A DNA stretch of 64,000 nucleotides from assembly GCA_963826115.1 (NCBI GenBank), contig CAWGVS010000005.1, positions 128,001 through 192,000 of the forward strand. Reading direction: 5' to 3'. The notes under the pieces were generated by a model that was not told where the DNA came from, ran no database searches, and saw only the letters and a program-made list of their open reading frames with translations. Below, piece by piece: positions 1-9,198 of this stretch. The position numbers were made by a program, and so were the translations under genes. Position 1 is the first letter of the stretch. Every line of letters begins with the position of its first letter. Source of the stretch: an uncultured Candidatus Rokubacteria bacterium. GTDB taxonomy: Bacteria > Methylomirabilota > Methylomirabilia > Rokubacteriales > DASRDR01.

Positions 1-1130
1 GTCTGCTGCTCCAGCGCTTCGGTGAGGTCGCGGTTGCGGGCCTCGAGCTCCGTGAACAGGCGGACGTTCTCGATCGCGATGACGGCCTGCGCGGCGAAGG
101 TCTCGAGGAGCGCGATCTGCTTCACCGAGAACGGTCGGGCCTCGTGTCGCCAGAGCACGATCGTCCCGATGGGGATCCCGTCTCGGAGCATCGGCACGGC
201 GAGGAGAGCCCGGTAGCCAGCCAGCGTCTGCACAACCGGGAGCTGATACTCCGGATCGATCCTGACGTCGTGGATGTGCACGGTACTGCGGTCGAGTACC
301 GCGCGACCGTTCCCGCTGCCCCGGCTGGGCCGGAACGGGAAGACGTCGCGCCGGAGGAGCGCGACCTCCTCGGGCGGGATGTTGTGGTACGCGTCGAGGG
401 TGATCAGCTCGCCGTCGAATCGATGGACGCTGCTCATAGCCGCGTCGCAGAGCCGCGCGGCGCTCCGTGCGATCGTGTCGAAGACCGGCTGGACGTCGGT
501 GGGGGAGCTCGAGATGACGCGCAGGATCTCGCCGGTCGCGGTCTGCTGCTCGAGGGCTTCGGTGAGCTCTCGGTTGCGCCCCTCCAGTTCCCGCGCAGGC
601 GCTCGTTCTCGAGGGCGATCGCCGCCTGGTCGGCGAAGGTCCGGAGGAGCGCGATCTGTTTCGCGGTGAACGCGCGAACCTGCGTCCGGCGGATCGTGAT
701 GAGCCCGATGGCGAGGTCGTCACGCAGGAGCGGGACGATCAGGAGCGTGCGGAACCGCTCCTTGAGGTCGCGGAGGCCTGGGTAGCGCCGTCGGACAGCG
801 GCCGTCGTAATGTCGCGAAGGTGAATCGTGCGGCGCTCGAGAACGGCACGGCCAGTCACCAGGCGTGGCGTGATCGGGATCGCCTGGCCCACCGGCCTTA
901 CCGTGGGAACAGACCCGTGGATCGCAAGGACTCGGAGGTGGTCACCCTCCACCCGGTAGATGTGGGCATCGGTCGCGTCGCAGAGCCGGGCGGCGGTGCG
1001 CGCGATCGCCTGGAGGATGGCGGGCGTGTCCGGCGAGGCTCCGGCGCCCTTCACTCGCGGGGCGCGACGGTCGCGGGCCCGGGCCTTCGGCCGGAGTCTG
1101 CGGTCGCGTCCGGTGTTTGCCAGGCGCCAT
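1..1130 (-). CDS. Tandem multi-GAF sensor protein, N-terminal part (runs off the window's left edge); one frameshift near 591
   Basis: ORF 434..1225 encodes a GAF domain (LQAIARTAARLCDA...LLRTFADQAAIALEN). After a 1-nt shift at ~591 it continues ELEGRNRELTEALEQQTATGEILRVISSSPTDVQPVFD into a second GAF domain. The linker repeats at exactly 540-nt spacing (nt 1-50 vs 541-590). The start is uncertain: ATG 1130 has a GGAG RBS but is in another frame; an in-frame GTG lies near 1054. Confidence 0.8.
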
Positions 1131-1261
1131 CTGTCAGTCTCCGGAGGTCGGGCCGACGGCCCGGCTGATGGAGCGGACGGAAGCTGAGCGTCCCGAAGGT
1201 ATTCCCGCGGCCGCCGCCAGGTCAAGCGGCGGGCCCGGTGACGGGACGACTGAGAACCGGC

Positions 1262-2296
1262 CTACGGCCGGATCACGACCTTGCCGATGACCTCGCGACG
1301 CTCCATGGCCCGCTCGCCGTCGGCCGCCTGCTCGAGCGGGAGCACGCGGTCGATGACCGGTCGGAGCTTCCCGGCGAACGCGAGACGCATGATCGTGAGG
1401 AGATCGTTGTGCGTCCAGCCGTTCGAGCCCTGGATCGTCTGCTCGCGGCGGAAGAGATAGCGGATGTCCGTCGGGCCGATCGGGCCCGACGTGGCGCCGG
1501 CGGTGACGAGGCGCCCGCCCTTGCCGAGGGCCCGGATCGAGCGCTCCCACACGGCGGCGCCCACCGTCTCGACGATGACGTCGACGCCGCGCTTGCCGGT
1601 CAGCCGGCGCACGGTGACGTCCCAGTCCTTGTCCTCGGCGTAGTTGATGGCGACGTCGGCGCCGAGCTCGGTCGCGCGCTCGAGCTTCTCCGCCGTCGAC
1701 GCGGTGGCGAAGACCCGCGCCCCGGCCAGCTTGGCGATCTGGATCGCCGCCAGCCCGACGCCGCCGACGGCGCCGTGAACGAGCACGTCCTCCCCCGCCT
1801 GGACGCGCGCGTGGGTGACGAGCATCCGCCAGGCGGTGCCGAACGTGATCGGGAGGCACGCGGCCTCCTCGACGGGGTAGCTCGCCGGCAGCGGGATCGC
1901 CTGGCGCGCGGGGCACTTCACGTATTCCGCGAGGCCGCCCGGGTCCATCTCGCCGAGCATGTGGACCCGGATGCACTTCGGGACCTCCCCGTCCCGGCAG
2001 TACTCGCAGACCCCGCAGCCCCAGGACGGGTTCAGCACGATGCGGTCCCCGACGCGGGGGGAGTCCACGCCCGCCCCGACGGCGTGGACGACGCCGGCGA
2101 TGTCACCGCCCGTGATGTGGGGGAGGGGCGTCGGCTCGCCGGGCATGCCCTCGCGCGTGAAGATGTCGAGCGGATTGAGGGCGCACGCGTCGACGCGCAC
2201 GACGATCTCGCCCGGCCCGGCCACGGGATCGGGCCAGCTGGGCTCGTAGGTCAGGACGTCGGCGCCGCCGTGACGGTGAATGACCATCGCGCGCAC
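1262..2296 (-). CDS. Zinc-binding medium-chain dehydrogenase/reductase
   Basis: [16 protein letters not shown] structural Zn motif, [11 protein letters not shown] nucleotide-binding motif, GKVVI C-terminus. Confidence 0.9.
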   Translation of the reverse strand: MRAMVIHRHGGADVLTYEPSWPDPVAGPGEIVVRVDACALNPLDIFTREGMPGEPTPLPHITGGDIAGVVHAVGAGVDSPRVGDRIVLNPSWGCGVCEYCRDGEVPKCIRVHMLGEMDPGGLAEYVKCPARQAIPLPASYPVEEAACLPITFGTAWRMLVTHARVQAGEDVLVHGAVGGVGLAAIQIAKLAGARVFATASTAEKLERATELGADVAINYAEDKDWDVTVRRLTGKRGVDVIVETVGAAVWERSIRALGKGGRLVTAGATSGPIGPTDIRYLFRREQTIQGSNGWTHNDLLTIMRLAFAGKLRPVIDRVLPLEQAADGERAMERREVIGKVVIRP

Positions 2297-2309
2297 GAGG
2301 AGTCTCCGT

Positions 2310-3413
2310 TCAGGCCGGGTCGGGGTGGAGTTCGAGCGCCGCGACCACCGCCTCGCCGACGGCCTCCGTCGAGGCGCGGCCGCCGAGGTCGGGCGTCAGG
2401 ACGTGGCCGGCGCCGGTCACGGCGCCCACGGCCGCCTCGATCCTGGCGGCGGCCTCCGTCGCGTCCTCGTTGCCGTCGCGCCGGCCGAGCCACTCCAGCA
2501 TGAGCCCGGCCGAGAGGATCGTCGCCAGCGGGTTGGCGATGCCCTTGCCGGCGATGTCGGGCGCGGTGCCGTGGGAGGGCTGGAAGAGCGCGTGGTGGTC
2601 GCCGATGTCTCCGGACGGCGCCATGCCCAGGCCGCCGACGGTGGCGGCCGCCAGGTCCGAGATGATGTCGCCGAACATGTTCTCGGCGACGACCACGTCG
2701 TAGTGGGCCGGCCGCTGGACGAGGTACATCGTCATCGCGTCGACGTAGGCGTGCTCCGCCTGGATGTCCGGGTAGTCGGCCGCCACCTCGTCGAACAGCG
2801 CGCGGAAGAACGCGTAGCTCTTCAGCACGTTCGCCTTGTCGACGAGGGTCACGCGGCGGACCCCGTCCCGCGGCGCGCCGTGACGCCGGCGCGCGATCTC
2901 GAACGCCTGCCGGCAGATCCGCAGCACGCCGGGCCGCGTCACCACCAGCGTGTCGGTCGCCACGTGGCCGCCGACCAGGACGCCGGCCCCGCGCGAGGCG
3001 TAGAGCCCCTCCGTGTTCTCGCGGAGGATCACGTAGTCGATCCGGTCGCGCTCGCCGAGGCGCAGCGGCGACGGCACGCCGGGGTGGAGCCGGATGGGCC
3101 GGAGGCCGAGGTAGAGGTCCAGCGCGATGCGGAGCGTCAGCTGCGGCGCGATCTCCGTCCCGTCGGGAAAGCGGACGTCGGGAAGCCCGGCCGCGCCGAA
3201 CAGGATCGCGTCGGCGGCCTGGCAGACGTCGAGCGACTCGCGCGGCAGCTCCTCGCCGGTCCGCCGGTAGCAGTCGGCGCCGGCCTCGACCTCCTCGAAG
3301 TCGAGCTCGAGCCGGTCGGGCCGGGCGACCGCGCGGAGGACCTCGATCGCCTCGGCGACGACCTCCGGCCCGATGCCGTCGCCGGCGAGGACCGCGATCC
3401 GGTAGGGCGGCAC
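2310..3413 (-). CDS. Isocitrate/isopropylmalate (tartrate-type) decarboxylating dehydrogenase
   Basis: [55 protein letters not shown]; GTG start at 3413 just after the pdxA stop. Confidence 0.9.
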   Translation of the reverse strand: MPPYRIAVLAGDGIGPEVVAEAIEVLRAVARPDRLELDFEEVEAGADCYRRTGEELPRESLDVCQAADAILFGAAGLPDVRFPDGTEIAPQLTLRIALDLYLGLRPIRLHPGVPSPLRLGERDRIDYVILRENTEGLYASRGAGVLVGGHVATDTLVVTRPGVLRICRQAFEIARRRHGAPRDGVRRVTLVDKANVLKSYAFFRALFDEVAADYPDIQAEHAYVDAMTMYLVQRPAHYDVVVAENMFGDIISDLAAATVGGLGMAPSGDIGDHHALFQPSHGTAPDIAGKGIANPLATILSAGLMLEWLGRRDGNEDATEAAARIEAAVGAVTGAGHVLTPDLGGRASTEAVGEAVVAALELHPDPA

Positions 3414-3415
3414 GC

Positions 3416-4462
3416 TCAGGTCCGGGTCGCCGCGCGCTCGCGGCTCCGGGCCATCTCGGCGGCGACGAGGATCGCCTCGACCATGCTCTCGGGATTCGCG
3501 GTGCCGGTGCCCGCGCGGTCGAAGGCGGTGCCGTGGTCCACCGAGACCCGGAGGATGGGGAGCCCGACGGTCACGTTCACGCCGGACAGGCCCGTCCACG
3601 CCTTCTTCGCCTCGTCGTAGCGGAAGCCCAGCGCCTTGACCGGGGTGTGGCCCTGGTCGTGGAACATCGCGACGACGCAGTCGAACTCGCCGCCGGCCGC
3701 CCGGCTCATCAGCGTGTCCGCGGGGTAGGGGCCGGTGGCGTCGATGCCGTCCTGGCGCGCGTCGGCGATCGCGGGCCCGATCGCGACCTGCTCCTCGTCT
3801 CCGAAGAGCCCGCCCTCCCCGGCGTGCGGGTTGAGTCCGCACACCGCGATCCGCGGCCGCGCGATCCCGAGGTCCCGCATGGCGCGATCCCCGAGCTTGA
3901 TCGTTCGCAAGACCCGCTCCCGCGTGACCAGGTCCGGGACCCGGCGGAGGGCCACGTGGGTCGTGACGTGGATGACGCGGAGCTCCTTGCCCATCAGGAG
4001 CATGGCGTAGGCCTTGGTGTTCGTGAGCTCGGCGAGGATTTCCGTGTGCCCCGAGTGGCGGACGCCGGCGGCGGCGAGCGCCTCCTTGTTCACGGGCGCC
4101 GTGACGATCGCGGCGATCGCGCCCTCCTGGCAGAGGCGCACGCCGCGCTCGATGTACTCGTACGCGGCCCGCCCGCAGACGGCGCTCACGCGCCCCATCT
4201 GGAAGGTCGCCGGGTCGGCGTTGGCGAGGTCCAGCACCTCGATCCGGTCCGGCGCGAACGTGGCGTCGCTCACCCGCTCGATCGCCCGCACCGTCTGGGT
4301 CACGTGGGCCGCCCGCGCCGCGATGGTCATGACCCGCGCGTCGCCGATCACCAGCGGACGGGTCTTCTCGCGCACGTCCGGCTTGGCCAGCGCCATCGCC
4401 GCGATCTCGGCGCCGACCCCCGCGGGGTCTCCCATCGTGACGCCGAGCACCGGCCGGGTCAT
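3416..4462 (-). CDS. pdxA: 4-hydroxythreonine-4-phosphate dehydrogenase family (probably PdxA2, D-threonate/erythronate-4-phosphate dehydrogenase)
   Basis: TMGDPAGVGAEI, TAPVNKE, GHTEILA, GLNPHAGE, MFHDQGH, RVSVDHGTAFD; adjacent to a DUF1537 kinase. Confidence 0.93.
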   Translation of the reverse strand: MTRPVLGVTMGDPAGVGAEIAAMALAKPDVREKTRPLVIGDARVMTIAARAAHVTQTVRAIERVSDATFAPDRIEVLDLANADPATFQMGRVSAVCGRAAYEYIERGVRLCQEGAIAAIVTAPVNKEALAAAGVRHSGHTEILAELTNTKAYAMLLMGKELRVIHVTTHVALRRVPDLVTRERVLRTIKLGDRAMRDLGIARPRIAVCGLNPHAGEGGLFGDEEQVAIGPAIADARQDGIDATGPYPADTLMSRAAGGEFDCVVAMFHDQGHTPVKALGFRYDEAKKAWTGLSGVNVTVGLPILRVSVDHGTAFDRAGTGTANPESMVEAILVAAEMARSRERAATRT

Positions 4463-5592
4463 GCGCAGGCCTTCCAGGCGCGGACGAGGGCGTCCGCGTC
4501 GCCGAAGCCGCCGGCCTTCGTCATCACGACCAGGCCGTCGAAGGGTCCGCCCGCGAGCGACCCCAGCGCGAGACCGGGCTCGAGCTGGCCGGCGAGCCGG
4601 ACGCCGCCGGCGTCGAGGGCGCGCAGGACCGCGATCGCCGTCTCGCCGCCGGTCAGGAGCAGCGCGCCCGGTCTCTGGCGGTCGATCTGATTCCGCGCGG
4701 CCGCCGCGAGGCGGCGGACCGTCTCGCGACGCCGGTCCGGCTCCGGCGTGCGGCCGTCATCCGCCGAAGCCACGACGGTCAGGTCCGCGCGCTCGCCGAG
4801 CCGCGAGATCTGTTCCCGCGTCACCGGATTCGCGCTGCCAGCCACGATCAGGAGCGGCCGGCGCGGGAGCGCGGGCCGGCCCGTCGCCGCGCAGACCTGG
4901 CGGCGCGCGAGGGCGGTCGCGAGGCCCGCGGAGCCCGCGAGGAGCACCGGGACCTCTCCCGCGGCCTGCGCCAGCACGGCCAGGTCCTCGGCCGTCTCCG
5001 CGTCGGCAGCCAGGACGCGTCCGCCCGCCGAGAGGAAGCGGTCGAGGCGCGCCGCCACCGCGGGCGCGCCGTGGCGGACCGTCGCCAGCGCGAGGGACGC
5101 CGCCGGTCGCAGGCCGCCGGCTCCGAGGAGCCCCAGCACGCTCGCGCCGGTCGACGGGAACGTGGGATCGCGCGCGATGGGCGTCCGGTCGGCGGGCTCG
5201 CCGTCGATCAGGAGGCAGCCGTCGACGACCGTGCGACCCTGCGCGGGAAACGCCGGCGCGAGGAGGGCCGCCGCCACGCCGGTTCCGATGAGCATCCCGT
5301 CGAGCTCGGCTCCGATCTGTCCGCGCAGCGTGGAGTCGACCTTCTTGTAGAGCACGGACGGCGCCTCGGCCCGGAGGGCGGCGCCGGCCTCGCGGGCGCG
5401 CTCGCGCGCGATCTCGGCGCGCTGCTCCCGGCTCTCGGTGTCGATGACGAGGACGTCCGCGCCCGCGCTCGGTGCCGTCGTGCCATCGGTCCCGTCCCGC
5501 ACGACCACGAGGGTCGCGAGCCCGCGCACGGCGAACGGCGCGGCGGTGTCGCACGCGCCCGTGAGGTCGTCCGCCTGGATCCCCACCAGCAT
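4459..5592 (-). CDS. Four-carbon acid sugar kinase (DUF1537/DtnK family)
   Basis: ADDLTGACD, YKKVDSTLRG, APAFPAQGR, LTGGETA, TKAGGFG; stop overlaps the pdxA ATG. Confidence 0.9.
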   Translation of the reverse strand: MLVGIQADDLTGACDTAAPFAVRGLATLVVVRDGTDGTTAPSAGADVLVIDTESREQRAEIARERAREAGAALRAEAPSVLYKKVDSTLRGQIGAELDGMLIGTGVAAALLAPAFPAQGRTVVDGCLLIDGEPADRTPIARDPTFPSTGASVLGLLGAGGLRPAASLALATVRHGAPAVAARLDRFLSAGGRVLAADAETAEDLAVLAQAAGEVPVLLAGSAGLATALARRQVCAATGRPALPRRPLLIVAGSANPVTREQISRLGERADLTVVASADDGRTPEPDRRRETVRRLAAAARNQIDRQRPGALLLTGGETAIAVLRALDAGGVRLAGQLEPGLALGSLAGGPFDGLVVMTKAGGFGDADALVRAWKACA

Positions 5593-5599
5593 GGCGCCC

Positions 5600-5628
5600 A
5601 CGTTAGCCCGCCCCTCCGGGAGGGTCAA
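5600..5628 (-). promoter_or_regulatory. sigma70-type promoter, probably leaderless, for the kinase-pdxA operon
   Basis: TTGACC-17-TAACGT, then 7 nt to ATG 5592; no SD. Confidence 0.6.
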
Positions 5629-5640
5629 GGAGACGCCCGT

Positions 5641-5669
5641 TTGACCGAGCCGATCCGCGCGGTTAGAGT
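5641..5669 (+). promoter_or_regulatory. sigma70-type promoter, probably leaderless, for the hotdog-osmC operon
   Basis: TTGACC-17-TAGAGT, then 7 nt to GTG 5677. Confidence 0.6.
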
Positions 5670-5676
5670 CCGGCTC

Positions 5677-6566
5677 GTGACGACGACGACGCGGAGCGGC
5701 CTCCTGCCGGGGACACCACTGCCGGAGCACCGGATCCAAGTGCGGAACCTCTTCCGCGATGCCGCGAACCGCATCCACGACGACGCCGTGGCGCGGCAGC
5801 TCGGGTACGCTGGCGCCCTCGTCGCCGGCGTGACGATCTACGGCTACCTGACCCGGGTCGCCGTCCAGGCGTGGGGCGCCGACTGGCTCCGGCGGGGGAC
5901 GGCGAGCGTTCGCTTCCTCCGGCCGCTCTACGACGGCGAGACGCTGGCGATCGGCGGGCGAGCGGTGGGACGGTCGGCCACCGACGCGGCCGGCGAGGGC
6001 GTCATCGAGGTCGAGGGCGGCACCGCGCCCGACCGAGATCGCCGTGGCGATGACGGCTGGTCTCGCGTGGGGGGGAGCCGTCATCGCCCCGGATCCGCGC
6101 GGGTATCCGGCGGGGCCGCCGCCGGCCTCGCTCGCACCGGCGACGGCGGCGGGTCTGGCGGCGCTCGGGGTCCTGGGATCGCCGGTCCTCACGCTCGACG
6201 AGGCGACGCTCGCCCGGGCGGCCGACGACCTCGACGACCCCTCGCCGCTCTACCGCGGCGCCGAGGGCGTCGCGCATCCGGGCCTGCTCCTCCGTCAGGC
6301 GAACCGCGCGCTCGCGGAGAACGTCGCGCTCGGGCCGTGGATCCACGTGGCGAGCGACGTCGCGCACTGCGGCCTGGCGCGCGGCGGGCGATCGCCTCGA
6401 GACGCGCGGCCGCGTGCTGCGGACCTACGAGCGGAAGGGGCGGGGGTGGGTCGACCTCGACGTCCTGATCGTCGCGGACGACGCGCGCCCGATCGCGCGC
6501 GTCCACCACACCGCGATCTACCGCATCCCGGCCCCGGCGGCCGGGGAAGGAGCGCGCCATGAGTGA
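5677..6566 (+). CDS. Double hotdog-fold (MaoC-like dehydratase) protein with two apparent frameshifts (~6030, ~6385)
   Basis: NRIHDDAVARQLGYAGALVAGV...VRFLRPLYDGE in frame 1; second domain HPGLLLRQAN...PWIHVASDV in frame 2; GDRLETRGRV..YERKG...HTAIY in frame 3, ending at TGA 6564-6566. Confidence 0.75.
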
Positions 6567-7038
6567 AGTCGGCGTTGCCTACGTCTCCAAGGTCCGGATC
6601 GAGCGCGTCCGCGGTCCCCTCCGCCGCGCCTTCCTCCCGGCGGAGCCCGAGCCCGTGGTGTTTGGCGTTCACGGCGCCGTGGCGACGCACTACGGTGTTG
6701 ACATGGAGGGACGCGAGGCGCACGCGACGACCCTCGACTACGTGGTCGCTGCTGCGGCCGGCTGACTCACCGGGACCCTCGGGGGCGCGCTGGAGGCGCG
6801 CGGGATTCCGGCCGGGGAGGGGCGGCTCTGGTCGGAGGCAACCGGCGAGGTGGAGACGGAGAACCGAGTCTTGATCATCCGCCGCATCCACGTTCGCTAT
6901 CACCTCAGGCTGAGTGCCGAGCAACGCGACGCGGCGGAGCGGGCCCACGCCGCGCACCAGAGCCGTTGCCCGGTGGCGCTCACGCTCCGGAACTCGGTGG
7001 CGATCACGACCGAGCTCGGCCTCGAGCTCGAGACGTAG
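6559..7038 (+). CDS. OsmC/Ohr-family protein, probable selenoprotein (in-frame TGA at codon 69)
   Basis: ORFs 6559..6765 and 6850..7038 are the same frame. Read-through gives DYVVAAAAG-U-LTGTLGGALEARGI...HQSRCPVALTL (159 aa) with TGA at the first catalytic Cys position and a second Cys at residue 137. Confidence 0.8.
6770..6811 (+). promoter_or_regulatory. Putative bacterial SECIS element
   Basis: Lower stem CCGGGACCC/GGGATTCCGG, upper stem GCGCGC/GCGCGC, apical loop TGGAG beginning 25 nt after the TGA. Confidence 0.65.
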
Positions 7039-7087
7039 CCGAGGCCACCGCCGCCCGCGCCATCGGGCGGTGAGCGGCGCCTCGTGC

Positions 7088-7116
7088 TGGACCCCCGGGT
7101 AGCACCCTGCTAGAAT
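7088..7116 (+). promoter_or_regulatory. sigma70-type promoter for dctQM
   Basis: TGGACC-17-TAGAAT with extended TG. Confidence 0.5.
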
Positions 7117-7191
7117 CGCCGGCGGTTTGCGGAGCTCCGGAGCCCCGAGGCGGGTTCCCGGTCGCGAGGCCGGTCGCCAGATGGAGGCGCC

Positions 7192-7722
7192 ATGCGCGAG
7201 CTAGCCCGTCGCATCGACTGGTTCCAGGAGCGCGTCGGCCGCTTCACCGCGTGGCTGATGTTCGCCATGGTCGCGGTGGTCTTCGTCGACGTGGTCTTCC
7301 GCTACCTCTTCAGCAAGAGCTCCGTCTTCACGCAGGAGCTCGAGTGGCACCTGTTCGGCGTCGTCTACCTCCTGGCCGCCGGGTACACATTCCTCTACGA
7401 CGAGCACGTCCGCGTCGACATCCTGTACGCGAGGCTCTCCCCGAGGGGCAAGGCCTGGGTCGACTTCGTCCTGATCTTCGTCATGCTCGTGCCCACGTGC
7501 CTGCTCGTGATGTACACGTCGATCCCGTTCGTCCGGAACTCGTTCGTGACCAACGAGGGGTCGCCGGACCCCGGAGGCATCCCGGTGCGGTGGGCGCTGA
7601 AGTCGGTGATCATCATCGGCTTCGCCCTGCTCCTCCTGCAGGGCGTTTCCGAGGCGATCAAGCGGTTCTACTGGGCGATGGGCTGGGAGACTCCCGAGAA
7701 GCGCGTGCAGGAGATTCACTGA
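7192..7722 (+). CDS. dctQ: TRAP transporter small permease
   Basis: 4 TM segments, ELEWHLF, HVRVDILY, SPDPGG motifs; GGAGG RBS. Confidence 0.92.
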   Translation: MRELARRIDWFQERVGRFTAWLMFAMVAVVFVDVVFRYLFSKSSVFTQELEWHLFGVVYLLAAGYTFLYDEHVRVDILYARLSPRGKAWVDFVLIFVMLVPTCLLVMYTSIPFVRNSFVTNEGSPDPGGIPVRWALKSVIIIGFALLLLQGVSEAIKRFYWAMGWETPEKRVQEIH

Positions 7723-7786
7723 TGCCGATCGCGACGATCGGCGCGGGACCGCCACGGCGGCTGCGGGCGCGCGGGGGGAGCCGCTG

Positions 7787-9121
7787 ATGTTCGGGATCCC
7801 GTGGGACCAGACGCTCGGCGCCCTGATGTTCGTCGGGATGATCGTCTTCCTCTTCTTCGGGTTCCCCGTCGCGTTCAGCCTCACGTTCACCGGGCTCGTG
7901 TTCGGCCTCATCGGCTTCGGGCTCAACTTCTTCAACATCCTCCCCCTGCGCATCTGGGGGACGATGACCAACTTCACGCTGCTCGCGGTCCCGCTCTTCG
8001 TGTTCATGGGGGTGGCCCTCGAGAAGTCCGGCCTGGCCGAGGAGCTCCTCGAGACGATGGCGCTCCTGTTCGGGAGGCTCCGTGGCGGCATCGCGATCTC
8101 GGTCGTCGTGGTGGGCGCGATCCTCGCGGCCTCCACCGGGATCGTGGGCGCGAGCGTCATCACGATGGGGCTGGTCTCGCTCCCGACGATGCTCCGCCGG
8201 GGGTACGACAAGCAGCTGATCACGGGGACGATCTGCGCCTCGGGCACGCTGGGGCAGATCATCCCGCCGAGCGTGATCCTCGTCCTGCTCGGGGACATCC
8301 TCGGCGTGTCGGTCGGCGACCTCTACATCGGCGCGTTCCTGCCGGGCTTCGTCCTGGTCGGCCTCTACATCGTCTACCTGGTCATCCTGGGGCAGTGGAA
8401 GCCGCACCTCGCGCCGCCGATCCCCCGCGAGGAGATCGCCGCCTTCCAGGCGCAGGCGCTGCGGCGGGTCGCCGTCGCGCTGGCGCCGGCGCTCGTCCTG
8501 ATCGTGGCCGTCCTCGGCTCGATCTTCATGGGCATCGCGTCGCCGACCGAGGGGGCGGCGGTCGGCGCCATGGGCGGCCTCCTGCTGACGCTGGTCAAGG
8601 GCCGTTTCACGATGCCGATGTTGCGGGACGTGTGCCGGACCACGACGCGGATCACCAGCCTGGCCTTCATCATCCTGGTGGGCGCGAACACGTTCGGCCT
8701 CGTGCTGCGGGGCCTGAACGGGGACAAGCTGATCCAGGACCTGCTGCTCCACCTGCCGTTCGGCCCCTACGGCGTCCTCGCGGTGGTCATGCTCGTCATC
8801 TTCATTTTGGGGTTCTTCATCGACTTCTTCGAGATCTGCTTCATTCACGTCCCGATCCTGACGCCGGTGCTGGTGCAGCACTTCCACTTCGATCCGGTCT
8901 GGCTCGGGGTGGTGATCGGCGTGAACCTCCAGACGTCCTTCCTCACGCCGCCGTTCGGGTTCGCGCTCTTCTACCTGCGGGGGGTGGCGCCGCCGGAGAT
9001 CCGGACCGGGGACATCTACCGCGGCGTGATCCCGTTCGTCTGCCTCCAGCTGATCGGCCTCGCGTTGATAGTTGCCTTCCCGGAGATCGTGTACACGCTC
9101 ATCCGCGTCTTCCGCGGCTGA
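7787..9121 (+). CDS. dctM: TRAP transporter large permease
   Basis: GFPVAFSL, LLAVPLFVFMG, ASTGIVGAS, GTLGQIIPPS, SFLTPPFG. Confidence 0.95.
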   Translation: MFGIPWDQTLGALMFVGMIVFLFFGFPVAFSLTFTGLVFGLIGFGLNFFNILPLRIWGTMTNFTLLAVPLFVFMGVALEKSGLAEELLETMALLFGRLRGGIAISVVVVGAILAASTGIVGASVITMGLVSLPTMLRRGYDKQLITGTICASGTLGQIIPPSVILVLLGDILGVSVGDLYIGAFLPGFVLVGLYIVYLVILGQWKPHLAPPIPREEIAAFQAQALRRVAVALAPALVLIVAVLGSIFMGIASPTEGAAVGAMGGLLLTLVKGRFTMPMLRDVCRTTTRITSLAFIILVGANTFGLVLRGLNGDKLIQDLLLHLPFGPYGVLAVVMLVIFILGFFIDFFEICFIHVPILTPVLVQHFHFDPVWLGVVIGVNLQTSFLTPPFGFALFYLRGVAPPEIRTGDIYRGVIPFVCLQLIGLALIVAFPEIVYTLIRVFRG

Positions 9122-9134
9122 GGCGCGCCCCCGA

Positions 9135-9176
9135 CAAAGAGAAAGGCGGCGAAGCCGGGTGGCCCCGCCGCCCTTC
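9135..9176 (-). terminator. Rho-independent terminator for dctP (between convergent genes)
   Basis: GGCGGCG...CGCCGCC stem followed on the minus strand by TTTCTCTTTG. Confidence 0.6.
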
Positions 9177-9198
9177 GCTCTTCCGGTCGGGCGGTCCC

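Noticed and set aside
585-600. Programmed ribosomal frameshifting at the broken genes
   Set aside because: No slippery heptamers seen, and these gene families are not known to use it
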